From contig JANOHH010001131.1 in NCBI GenBank assembly GCA_031406395.1, positions 1-31,590 on the forward strand: 31,590 nucleotides of DNA, in the 5' to 3' direction. Under the pieces are notes generated by a model that had not been told where the DNA came from, ran no database searches, and was given only the letters and a program-made list of their open reading frames with translations. Position 1 is the stretch's first letter; each line of letters opens with the position of its first letter. Position numbers and translations under genes: made by a program. Source of the stretch: Verrucomicrobiota bacterium (lineage in GTDB: Bacteria > Verrucomicrobiota > Verrucomicrobiia > Limisphaerales > JADLHS01). Shown here in pieces: positions 8,762 to 17,779 of the stretch.

Positions 8762-10078
8762 TTACAATCCCTTCCCCTTGAGCATCTCTAGGTACCAGCG
8801 CACAAAACCATCCACGTTGTATTCCTTGTAGGTCGAATACGGCCCGGGCGTAAAGGCGCTGGAATTGACGCCGCGCTGCTGGCGTTCACAAATCTCCCAG
8901 TCCTGTTCAGAGGTGAGCTGCCAGAAGGGCATCAGTTTTTCCAACTGGTAATCGCGCCCGGCCACCGCCTGCGCGTCCACCAGCCACCACACGCGGATGG
9001 CGGTGAGTTGCGGGCCGAGCGGGAGCAGGCGCGTGCTCACGGCGTGGTCGCAACTGGAATGGTTCCAGAAGTTGGGGAGCGTGCGAATCCGCAAGGTGCC
9101 GACATCGGCGTCCTGATAATCCCCCATCAACGGCGCGACACGTTTGCCATCCATGGTTTCGGACAGGTAACCGTCCACGAGCGGCGTGCGATTGGCGGAA
9201 AACCAGATGTTCTTTTCGGCATTGGGAAACGTCGTCATGCCGGTCTGGGTGTGCGTAGGGGCGAGACCCGCGGCCGCCCATTTCTTGTCGCTGCGCGCGA
9301 CCACTCCACTGATTTCCCGCTGGATGCGCGGCGTGGTGTCGTCGGCATTGTAGTGGTCGAAGTTGGCCTTGATGTATTGCGGATGATTGAGGTTGCAATG
9401 GTAGCACTCGCGGTTGTTTTCCCAAACCAGCTTCCAGTTCGCTTTGACCAAGTAATCCGTGGCCTGGGCGACCTTCGCTCGGTCGAATCCCTGCGGCTTC
9501 GCCAGGGGCGCGAGGAGTTCGTGGGCCGGCTCGAAGCTGGGTGGCTCCGCGGCCAGTGACAGGTAAATCAACCCGCCCGCCTCCCGCACGTGGACCTGCT
9601 TCAAGCCGAACTGGGATTTGTCCAGTTCGTGCATCCCGCGGCAGGAGAGCAAGTCGCCGTTCAGTCCATACGTCCATTGATGGTACGGACAAACCAGACG
9701 CGCGACGTGGCCCGCTGCCTCGTGACAAATGGGGGAGCCGCGATGACGACACACATTGTTCAGGGCATGAACCGAGCCGTCTGAACCACGAATCACGATG
9801 AGGGGATCGGCATCCACTTGCAGGGTGAAATAATCGCCCGGCTTGGGAATCTCGCAGGTATGCCCGGCAAAGAGCCAGCCGGTTCGCCAGACCCGGTCAA
9901 GGTCGGCGCGATATACCGTTTCGTCGGAATGAAAGCTTCCGGGTAACGCCCAGCCCGGACGACATTCGGCCAACAATGACTCGACCAAACCCGCCACCGC
10001 GCCGCCGACTTTGCGCCGTGGGCGCGGACGGCTTTCTCGCCGGCCACCTCCTCGCAGTTGATTTCCAGTACGCTGCAT
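8762..10078 (-). CDS. Rieske non-heme iron oxygenase alpha subunit, glycine-betaine demethylase (GbcA/BmoA/Stc2)-like
   Basis: Rieske ligands CRHRG...CPYHQW, iron site ENNRECYHC...HPQY and EQDWEICE...QRG, and WWLVDAQAVAGRDY resembling GbcA-type C-termini. Start may be GTG 9997. Substrate not certain. Confidence 0.88.
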   Translation of the reverse strand: MQRTGNQLRGGGRRESRPRPRRKVGGAVAGLVESLLAECRPGWALPGSFHSDETVYRADLDRVWRTGWLFAGHTCEIPKPGDYFTLQVDADPLIVIRGSDGSVHALNNVCRHRGSPICHEAAGHVARLVCPYHQWTYGLNGDLLSCRGMHELDKSQFGLKQVHVREAGGLIYLSLAAEPPSFEPAHELLAPLAKPQGFDRAKVAQATDYLVKANWKLVWENNRECYHCNLNHPQYIKANFDHYNADDTTPRIQREISGVVARSDKKWAAAGLAPTHTQTGMTTFPNAEKNIWFSANRTPLVDGYLSETMDGKRVAPLMGDYQDADVGTLRIRTLPNFWNHSSCDHAVSTRLLPLGPQLTAIRVWWLVDAQAVAGRDYQLEKLMPFWQLTSEQDWEICERQQRGVNSSAFTPGPYSTYKEYNVDGFVRWYLEMLKGKGL

Positions 10079-10090
10079 ATTTGCCTTTGG

Positions 10091-10135
10091 ATCGTAGGTG
10101 GATAGTTCGCCAGTCTCAATAACCTGTTTGGGGGG
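10091..10135 (-). promoter_or_regulatory. Shared box plus sigma70-like promoter for the Rieske/ETF/dehydrogenase operon
   Basis: Minus strand CCCCCCAAACAGGTTA-TTGAGA-N17-TACGAT. Confidence 0.65.
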
Positions 10136-10200
10136 CGTCGCTGGGTTTCTACATGCCGGCCGATCCCCCTATTTCGAGAGATAACGGCCCTGCGGCTGAC

Positions 10201-13200
10201 TCAGTCGTCATCGTCGTCTTTGGCGTTCTTCACGAGCACCAAGCCGAGTTGCTTTAGCCCCTTCCCATGGCCGCCGACGAACTTGGCGGGGTAGCGGGCC
10301 TCGCCTTTGTTGATGTGCCAGATGTAGCGGTTGAACACGTCGTCGTTGATTCGGTCAGGTTTGCTGAAATCCATCTTCTGAACCTTCTTCGCATAGTAAC
10401 GCTGCTTGGGCGACAGCTGGCTTGCGACGACACTCTCGGTCAGTGGAATGTTGTTGGGCAGCGCGGTGTAGGGGGTGAAATTGGGGACATTGGTGAAACA
10501 TTCGAACATGATCGGGGCCATGGCGTCCTGCTGGTTCATGGGCGGCAGGCCAAGGATGCGCTGCATCGTGTGCAGAACCCCGGCTTGATTGTAGAAAGTG
10601 CTGAGGACTTGGCCGCGCTTCGTGTAGGGGCTGATGACGAGGCAGATTGAGCGGTGACCGTCCACGTGGTCGTAGCCACTCTGTGGATCGTCTTCGATGA
10701 CGAAGATCACAGTGTTGCTGGCGAAGCTGCTTTTGGTAATCGCCTCCACCACCTGGCCAAGCGACAGGTCGTTGTCGGCAACCTGGGCGCGGGGCGAAGG
10801 GTCGCCGCCGGTGTGGTCATTGGGCAGGTAGAGGAGATGGAACGAGGCCCAGACGCCGTTGGATTGCGCGGCATTGAGTTCTTTGATAAAGCCGCGAGCC
10901 CGGACGACATCGGGGATGTTCATGTTCCAACCGGGGACATTCGTCGAACTGTAGGGGCGCAGCGCGGCGATGCCGATGTTCTGGACGTAACGGATCGTGT
11001 CGGTGTTGTTCGTGTAATCCTGGTAGATCTGCAACCAGGTCTTGGCGGGCGACGTGGAGGCGTAATCCATCTCACCGTAGTTCCGGAATGTTAACCCGTG
11101 CTGCAGAACATTGTTCCAAATGAAGCCCGTGGAGGAATACGTGAGCGGGTCGTCGCCGAATGTGTAGCTGCGACTGAAACCGCCAAAGGCTTTTTCCAGA
11201 TGGTCGCCGCTGTTGCCTTCGGTGCTCCAGGAGTGGCCATCCGCCGAGAGAACGCCGTTGCAGTAGAAATTATCGAGCAGGACGTATTGTTCCGCCAACG
11301 CGTGATGATTGGGTGAAACCAGTCGTGGATAAATGCAGAGGCTGGGATCGCCGTTGCCCTGCGGGAGGTCGCCGAAAATTTGATCGTAGGTCTTGTTCTC
11401 CTTCAGGATATAAACCACGTGCTGAAATACGGATGGCTCACCCCGGCGCCGCGGCACCGGCACGGGTAGTTGGCCGGCGAGCGGCCCTTGCTGGGCCTGT
11501 TTGATCTGGGGAACGCGACCGGCCTCAAAGGCCTGCGCGGTGTATTTGCTCAGCGGCTCGGCCGTGGGGATCGGAATTTTGTTGGCGCTGCCGAGGTGCG
11601 CTCCGATCTGCCAGGAGGTGGTGACGGGCTGACCTAAACGGCTGCCCAAGCCTTTCACATTGGCGACATAGACGTGATTGCCGTCCGCCACCACGGCGCC
11701 GGGATACCAGTCAGTGGGGAGAAATCCCTGGATGAGACTGTTGGTGTGTTGCGCGTTGGGGAGCTCGACCACGGCGAGGGCGTTGTTCCCGCCGCTGGCC
11801 ACGAACAACATGGATTCGTCCTTGCTCAGCGCCAGTCCCGTGCTCGCACTGCCATACGGGAACGTGGGATCGGGCCGCACCAGGATGGTTTCCTTCACCG
11901 CCCGCGTCGCGGTGTTGATCACGCTCACGGTGTCGGAGTTCGCGTTGGCTACATAAAGGGTCTGGCCATCAGCGCTCAGTTCGAGATCGCAGGGATGCAA
12001 CCCGGTTGCCGTCTGCGCGGTTTGCAAGCCGGTCAGCAGGTTCACGAAGGACACAACGCCGCTCGCGGCCACACCACGGCTGTCAATTACCACCTGCGTG
12101 CCGGCGGAAGGCGCGGTCAGATCACCGCCCGTGGGGAAGCGACCGCCCCAATCGGAAACGTAGGCGGTGTTACCATCCGGGGCGAGAACCACATCCCACG
12201 GCGCAATACCCACGGTGATCTGCTGCGTGACGGTGCCAGTGGTGAGATTCACGACGGCCAGCTTGTTGGCGATCGAGAGACAGACGTAGGCTTTGGAATC
12301 ATCGGCGGCGATGGCGAGGCCGCAGGGATAAGAGCCGCCGGGCAGGGCGATGGTGCGCGAAAACGTGACGGTGCCATTCGCGGCCACGGCCCATTCGTAG
12401 AGTTCATTCCCGGCGCCGGTCACATAGATATGCGAACCGCTGTGACGCATCGCGATCCCGTGCATCGAAGCGCCGCTGCCAGGGTAACTCGCAGTTTGCA
12501 CCAACGTCCAGGTCGCGGCCTCCACCACGAGCAGGTTGTTGATATTTTTGATATAGATGAATTTCCCGTCGGGCGAGAGCACCAGATCCACGGGCCGGCC
12601 GCCGAACTGAATTTGTTTTCCAGCCGCGCGGAGGATTTGTTTCGACGGAACGGATTGCTCACCGTCAGGCAACTGGCCAACCAAGAAGTCGGGCTTGAGC
12701 TGGCCGACACGATAGAACGTCGGTGTACCGCTGATGGGAACGCTGAGGCTGCGATTGGTGATCGCGCTGGCGACCACCGACCAAGTCGGGGCCAACAAAT
12801 TTGTCATCCGCTCCACAAAACACACGCCGTCGGGCGCCGTCCAATTCAAGGTGACAGACGCCACGCTGGTAGTCAGGTTCGTGATGCGGATCGCGGCGTT
12901 GCCGGGCGGCAGGCCATCGGGCGTCGGCCCGCCAAGCGCAGCGATGGCGGCGGGTGTCATCCAGCCGTTTACGAACTGAATACTGTTCACGAACCCCGAC
13001 TGCGTGAATCCACTGACCCCGGCGGTGAAGAGCTGCGCCGTCGGCCCCAAGGCGTAACGGCCATCCACGCCTCCCGGCAGCGCTTGGCTACCCACGCTCA
13101 CGCCATTCACGTACTTCGTGAGTTGCTGGCCCGCCGGGGCGGTCAGGTCCACCGCAAACGCCAGACGATACCAAGCATCCGGTGCCAAGGGGCCGTTGAA

Positions 13201-14802
13201 CTGGCCATTGGCACCAATGCCGTTCGGATCCGGGAGCGCGCCGAGATTGCCGATGAGATATTCCGCGTCGTTGCCAACGTGATTAAACGGGTCGGTTTGG
13301 AACAACGCCCGCCATTCGTCGCTGCTCGGCGCCGGATACATCACGTCCAGGAGCAAGGTGTATTGATTGACGAACTGGCCGCCGCCGTTGGGTTTGGCCC
13401 CATGGCGCAAATAACAACCCTGGTTGATGGTGTTGCTCCCGAACCCCATCACCTGCGCCGAGTGGCCGATGATCGTCATGCCCGGAAAACTCGTGATCGT
13501 CGCGGTATCCGCGAGATACTCCAGCTCGGCGCCGACCGTCGCCCGCAGATCCCCGAAATCAAAATCCCATTGCCCGGTCACGACTGGCACGTAAACCGTC
13601 AAGCTGGCGCCGCCACTTTCGATGGCGCCGGAACTATTGCTTACCACTACGGTGTAAACTCCCTGATTTGCGCTGCTCACGGTCGCGATGGCATAACTGG
13701 CGTTGGTGGCCCCAGGGATATTGGTGCCATTCAACCGCCATTGATAACTGAGCGGTGGTGCGCCACCGGCAGTGACGGTGAAAGTAGCGGTGGCACCCAC
13801 GCTGACATTCAAGCTGGGCGGCGCATTGGAGATGACCGGGAGGGCGCCGGACGTGATGCTGTAAAGCCCGAAATTATCCACACCGAAGTACCAGCTATCG
13901 GTGCCGGCATGGGCGAAACGGAAGCGGACGGCCGCTTGGTTGTCGGCCGCGGTCAGGCGAAACAATTCCACGCGCTTGGATTCCACCGAGTTATCGTCCA
14001 CCCGCGCGCTGATGTTCGTGGCCAATGATTGCGAGATGGAGGCCCCGATGAAAGCCCCGTAAGATCCGCCATAGGATTTGCCGCCGATGAAGTTGGTGGC
14101 CACATCGGAGTAGCGATTGGTCAACGTTTTGTCGGCATCAACGCCGCCATTGCCGAGCGTGAGCACATCTGGGCCGTCCAACATGTAAACGACGGGCAAC
14201 CACGTGGCGCCGCCGTTCACGGAATATTCCACCGCCCCAAAGCTGTCCTGGTTTTGTTCAAAGAGACTGTGGTACGAGACGTAGATGTTAGTCTGGCCGC
14301 TTAGATTGAAATCGGGCGAAAATAAGTATTGAATCTGACTGCCCTCACGCCAACCGGACGTGCAGAACATGAATCTGCCCTGGGCCAGATTCGTCACCAC
14401 CTGGCCATTCACCACGTTGGCCGGATTGAAAGCCAGGACGCGCGAATAGTCCTGCGGCGTTTGGGTGGTGTAAGTCAAAAAATTCGAAGCGAACCGACTG
14501 CGATCCACCACCAGCCAACCCGCGTACGGGACGGAAGCCAGCTCCAGCAGATTGGAATTCAATTGCGGCAGGGTTGAATAGTTCGTCCGCGACCAACCTG
14601 CCGGCAGGCCGCCTTCAGGGACGGCGTCGAAGGTTTCAAGATGGATTGGCAGCGGCAGGGTGATGGGGACAGCCAGCGCTGGAGCGACCAAGCCCATGCA
14701 GGCGAACGTCAAAAGGCCGAAACCTGCGGGCAGGAGGCCGAAGCCAGAATTCCGACCACTGCTTTCTGCCCTCCGGCTTGGGATACCGCAAAGATATTTC
14801 AT
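10201..14802 (-). CDS. Secreted multidomain protein: unknown beta-sandwich domain B, Ig-like, LamG-like, YncE beta-propeller, PLC/AcpA-type phosphoesterase
   Basis: Signal-like LLTFACMGLVAPALA, Ig motif PLSYQWRLNG...GVYTVVVSN, LamG-like NQYTLLLDV...YVNG, propeller repeats (VGIAPWDV, YVANANSDTVSVI) and phosphoesterase HVVYILKENKTYD / PNHHALAEQYVLLDNFY / DDPQSGYDHVDGHR. ATG 14838 is an alternative start. Confidence 0.88.
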   Translation of the reverse strand: MKYLCGIPSRRAESSGRNSGFGLLPAGFGLLTFACMGLVAPALAVPITLPLPIHLETFDAVPEGGLPAGWSRTNYSTLPQLNSNLLELASVPYAGWLVVDRSRFASNFLTYTTQTPQDYSRVLAFNPANVVNGQVVTNLAQGRFMFCTSGWREGSQIQYLFSPDFNLSGQTNIYVSYHSLFEQNQDSFGAVEYSVNGGATWLPVVYMLDGPDVLTLGNGGVDADKTLTNRYSDVATNFIGGKSYGGSYGAFIGASISQSLATNISARVDDNSVESKRVELFRLTAADNQAAVRFRFAHAGTDSWYFGVDNFGLYSITSGALPVISNAPPSLNVSVGATATFTVTAGGAPPLSYQWRLNGTNIPGATNASYAIATVSSANQGVYTVVVSNSSGAIESGGASLTVYVPVVTGQWDFDFGDLRATVGAELEYLADTATITSFPGMTIIGHSAQVMGFGSNTINQGCYLRHGAKPNGGGQFVNQYTLLLDVMYPAPSSDEWRALFQTDPFNHVGNDAEYLIGNLGALPDPNGIGANGQFNGPLAPDAWYRLAFAVDLTAPAGQQLTKYVNGVSVGSQALPGGVDGRYALGPTAQLFTAGVSGFTQSGFVNSIQFVNGWMTPAAIAALGGPTPDGLPPGNAAIRITNLTTSVASVTLNWTAPDGVCFVERMTNLLAPTWSVVASAITNRSLSVPISGTPTFYRVGQLKPDFLVGQLPDGEQSVPSKQILRAAGKQIQFGGRPVDLVLSPDGKFIYIKNINNLLVVEAATWTLVQTASYPGSGASMHGIAMRHSGSHIYVTGAGNELYEWAVAANGTVTFSRTIALPGGSYPCGLAIAADDSKAYVCLSIANKLAVVNLTTGTVTQQITVGIAPWDVVLAPDGNTAYVSDWGGRFPTGGDLTAPSAGTQVVIDSRGVAASGVVSFVNLLTGLQTAQTATGLHPCDLELSADGQTLYVANANSDTVSVINTATRAVKETILVRPDPTFPYGSASTGLALSKDESMLFVASGGNNALAVVELPNAQHTNSLIQGFLPTDWYPGAVVADGNHVYVANVKGLGSRLGQPVTTSWQIGAHLGSANKIPIPTAEPLSKYTAQAFEAGRVPQIKQAQQGPLAGQLPVPVPRRRGEPSVFQHVVYILKENKTYDQIFGDLPQGNGDPSLCIYPRLVSPNHHALAEQYVLLDNFYCNGVLSADGHSWSTEGNSGDHLEKAFGGFSRSYTFGDDPLTYSSTGFIWNNVLQHGLTFRNYGEMDYASTSPAKTWLQIYQDYTNNTDTIRYVQNIGIAALRPYSSTNVPGWNMNIPDVVRARGFIKELNAAQSNGVWASFHLLYLPNDHTGGDPSPRAQVADNDLSLGQVVEAITKSSFASNTVIFVIEDDPQSGYDHVDGHRSICLVISPYTKRGQVLSTFYNQAGVLHTMQRILGLPPMNQQDAMAPIMFECFTNVPNFTPYTALPNNIPLTESVVASQLSPKQRYYAKKVQKMDFSKPDRINDDVFNRYIWHINKGEARYPAKFVGGHGKGLKQLGLVLVKNAKDDDDD

Positions 14803-14862
14803 AGGTTCAAAGTAAACACAATGGATGCGAGCCGGCACGAACCAGCCCGCCGGTTTGATGCG

Positions 14863-14906
14863 ACATTACGCTGCCACCGCGCTTTCACAATGCCTTGTTT
14901 TGGTGG
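14863..14906 (-). promoter_or_regulatory. Shared box plus sigma70-like promoter for the phosphoesterase gene
   Basis: Minus strand CCACCAAAACAAGGCA-TTGTGA-N16-TAATGT. Confidence 0.65.
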
Positions 14907-14995
14907 GTGGCAAAAGTTCTACGTTTGGAAAGGACCAAATGAATCCAAGTCGCGGCATTTTTAATTTCTCATTTTAAATTCAGAATCGATTGGTT

Positions 14996-16339
14996 TCACT
15001 TTTGCAGGAACTTCACAACCGCTCCGGAGCGACTGTGGACGTTGAGCTTTTCAAAGATGTTTTTGACGTGGCCATGCACCGTCCAAATGCTAATGCCAAG
15101 GGAGTTGGCAATTTCCTTGTCCAGGTAACCCTTGCTCAGTAGCGCCAGAACTTCGTGTTCACGCGGGGTAAGTTTGGCAAGCTTTCCGGAGGAGGGGTCG
15201 GCGGGCAGCGAAGCGGAAAGCCGTTGGAAGTAATCCCGGATGTGGGCGGTAATTTTTTCGCGGGTAACCGGGCCGGACAATTCTGCAATCGGCTCAAACA
15301 GCCGGAGCGCCGGAGTGCGTTTCAACATATATATCCCGGAGCCACCCGGGGTGGCTTTGAAGAGTTGGTCGGTGTCCTCAAAGACGGAATAGAACACCAC
15401 CACCAGACTGGGCCGGAGGTGCTGTAACTCGTTCAGCGAGGCCATGCCGGGCTCAAGGGGCAGATCCTGATTGGCCAGGACAAAACTCACCAGGCGCCGG
15501 GGTATTTCGCGAAGCGCTTCTGCCACGCGGGCGAAGCTGACGGTGCAGCGGAACCCGGCCTGGCCGCTGGCGCACGCTTCCATCGCGGATCGGATGCCCG
15601 CATCCGGCTCCAGCAGCGCAATGCTTTGTTCCAGCGACGGACGTACTGCAACTTTGGGTGGCTGCTTTGCGTGATCACTTCCCGGTGTGTGGATGGTGGT
15701 GTAAGTCCAGGTAAGCGGGTTGTCCTGCCAACGCAGGGCTATGGACAGCTCGCGGGAAAAAGCGGCATTGGCGTAAGTCCAACCTCGGTTGACCACGGCC
15801 TGATGAATCCGCATGGCCTGGTGGGCGGCTTGGGTTTCATCGCGAGTCCCCAAAGGGAAAAAGTGGCTCCTGTTCGCGTGCTCGATGCGAACGTAGAATT
15901 CGCGGTCGCTCTCGGTACGGGATCGTTCGGGGTCCTTCCGAGCGATGAGTCGGCGTCGCCAGTCCTCAACCTCGGTCGCCGTCGAGCCGGGCGAAATCCG
16001 CGCGCCAGTGTGGAGCTTGGTTCGCAGCGCCGATCCGCTGCGGCCTGTCTTCACATTTTCCCAACCGTGTTCAAGAATGTTTTCGTAAATCTGCCACGCT
16101 TCGCGCGCGGCGGTGGACCGGTTCGCGGCGGCCAGCGAGAAAGTGCACCGCCGCCCCTGATGCTGGATTTTGACGGACCACCCTTTTAGCGCGATGCGTT
16201 GGCCGTCTCGCGTAAAACTATTCTTGAAGAGTCGCCGACGCCAATACGCTGCCTGGAAACCGTTCAGTGAAGGTGACCCTGGGCGGGCCGCCTTCCGGGG
16301 CGCGAGCTTGCTTGGACGCTGCTTGGACATCGGAAACAA
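14996..16339 (-). CDS. Atypical LuxR/NarL-family regulator (two N-terminal repeats, pseudo-receiver, LuxR HTH)
   Basis: C-terminal LTPREHEVLALLSKGYLDKEIANSLGISIWTVHGHVKNIFEKLNVHSR. Receiver-like aa ~239-355 with VLANQDLP in place of VLMDxxLP. Start TTG 16339 or ATG 16330. Confidence 0.9.
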   Translation of the reverse strand: MFPMSKQRPSKLAPRKAARPGSPSLNGFQAAYWRRRLFKNSFTRDGQRIALKGWSVKIQHQGRRCTFSLAAANRSTAAREAWQIYENILEHGWENVKTGRSGSALRTKLHTGARISPGSTATEVEDWRRRLIARKDPERSRTESDREFYVRIEHANRSHFFPLGTRDETQAAHQAMRIHQAVVNRGWTYANAAFSRELSIALRWQDNPLTWTYTTIHTPGSDHAKQPPKVAVRPSLEQSIALLEPDAGIRSAMEACASGQAGFRCTVSFARVAEALREIPRRLVSFVLANQDLPLEPGMASLNELQHLRPSLVVVFYSVFEDTDQLFKATPGGSGIYMLKRTPALRLFEPIAELSGPVTREKITAHIRDYFQRLSASLPADPSSGKLAKLTPREHEVLALLSKGYLDKEIANSLGISIWTVHGHVKNIFEKLNVHSRSGAVVKFLQK

Positions 16340-16527
16340 TTAAAGCGGAAGGCTGATCTTCGCAAGTCGGGGTTTCTTCTTGGTCGGCTGACCGACCTGA
16401 ATCCACAATCCTTGAAGCGTCGCAGACGCCAATCCGCCGCTTGGAACCCGGTCAGCCGAGGTTGGATTGGGCCGGCCGGTTTCCGGGGTGCGATCTTGCT
16501 TGGACGCTGCTTGGACACAGGCAACAA
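16219..16527. repeat. Diverged direct duplication (~120 bp, period 188 bp) of the regulator's 5' end
   Basis: 16219-16339 aligns without gaps to 16407-16527. Both copies contain TTGCTTGGACGCTGCTTGGACA (16308 and 16496). Confidence 0.9.
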
Positions 16528-16825
16528 GCAAGGCCGAGAGTTGAGGTTCGCAAGCCCGGGTTTCTCAGCGCCGCGCGCCGGGCCCTGGGATTGCGATCCA
16601 ATTCCGCGGCATCCGGCGCTCCGGGAATGGCTGGAAGGCTCCAACCAACTGTGCTCAGGAGCGAATTCGTCAGTTTCTGCCTGCGAATTCAGCCACCAAC
16701 TGCCGCGCGCCAAAATCGGCCTGCGGCGCATGAATACTGGGGCAATGGTCGAAAAACCGCCAGTTCGTGGTTTTCCCTCACCCGCCCGCCCGCGCTCCCA
16801 CGACAACTGCTACGTGGTATTCCCC

Positions 16826-16869
16826 CTGCCCAAATGGGGGGTTGTATCCCAGGCAAGATCCCTTATGAT
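16826..16869 (+). promoter_or_regulatory. Shared box plus sigma70-like promoter for the PEP-CTERM gene
   Basis: CTGCCCAAATGGGGGG-TTGTAT-N16-TATGAT. Confidence 0.65.
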
Positions 16870-16969
16870 CACCACCAATACAACAGCCATGAATCTCGAA
16901 TAGATTGTGATCATTGGAGGGTTGTAATCAGATGATAATCAAAAACTAGACCATCAACTCGATACGTAT

Positions 16970-17680
16970 ATGCGAAAAAGTTCTGTAATCACACCGGTTT
17001 GTTCAGGGCTGGCGATTCTCGCGGGCTCGTTTTCATTCATGGGTACCGCCCAAGCGGTCACCCTTATTTCCGAAGATTTTGAGGGCGCCGCCAACGTATT
17101 TGGCACGGGCACTTACGCTTATGCTTCTAATTACACCTTGGCCAACTTGCTGACACCCGGGGGTGGACTGCAATACATGAAAGGTGGAGCGGGAACTACC
17201 GGCGCGGTGTCCACGAACATTTTCTCCGCCGGCGGCCCAATCAACTTGCTCACCGGCGGGATTACCGGGGCGCAGATTGATGGCGGGTCTGTCGGCTACA
17301 ACCTTTACGCCCAATTCAGCAGCTATCGAACGCAGGGCGATAATGCGACCCTTTCCGTGCAATTCCTTGACGCGGCGAGCAGTCCGCTTGGCGCCTCCCT
17401 CCAGATTGGCGGAGCCGCGTTTGCGGCCGCTTTGCCCACCGGGGCCATCGGCAATTACACGGATGCAAAGGCTTGGGGTGCGGATTCCCTGGCAGGGATC
17501 GTCCCCTTGGGAGCGCGGTTTGCGAACGTTCAGATCTTTGCGGTCAAGACGGCGGGCGGCACCGCCATTGACGGTTACATGGACAACGTCAGTTTTACTA
17601 TTGCAGTGCCCGAGCCGAGTTCCGTGGCTCTGTTGGCCCTAGGCGGTGGGTTGGCGGCATTAGCGCGCCGCCGTCGCTGA
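16970..17680 (+). CDS. PEP-CTERM sorted surface protein carrying one jelly-roll-like domain A
   Basis: Signal peptide ending TAQA-V. C-terminus VPEPSSVALLALGGGLAALARRRR. Confidence 0.93.
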   Translation: MRKSSVITPVCSGLAILAGSFSFMGTAQAVTLISEDFEGAANVFGTGTYAYASNYTLANLLTPGGGLQYMKGGAGTTGAVSTNIFSAGGPINLLTGGITGAQIDGGSVGYNLYAQFSSYRTQGDNATLSVQFLDAASSPLGASLQIGGAAFAAALPTGAIGNYTDAKAWGADSLAGIVPLGARFANVQIFAVKTAGGTAIDGYMDNVSFTIAVPEPSSVALLALGGGLAALARRRR

Positions 17681-17712
17681 ACTTGCGCGTGGCTAAGGCC
17701 ACGAAATCCTTG

Positions 17713-17747
17713 GCGGCCTCTGCTTGAGCGGAGGCCGCTTTTGTTTT
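17713..17747 (+). terminator. Intrinsic terminator after the PEP-CTERM gene
   Basis: Stem GCGGCCTCTGC / GCGGAGGCCGC (one G-U pair), loop TTGA, then TTTTGTTTT. Confidence 0.85.
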
Positions 17748-17779
17748 CGGGGCGGGAATCCCCCGTAATCCAACGGCTC

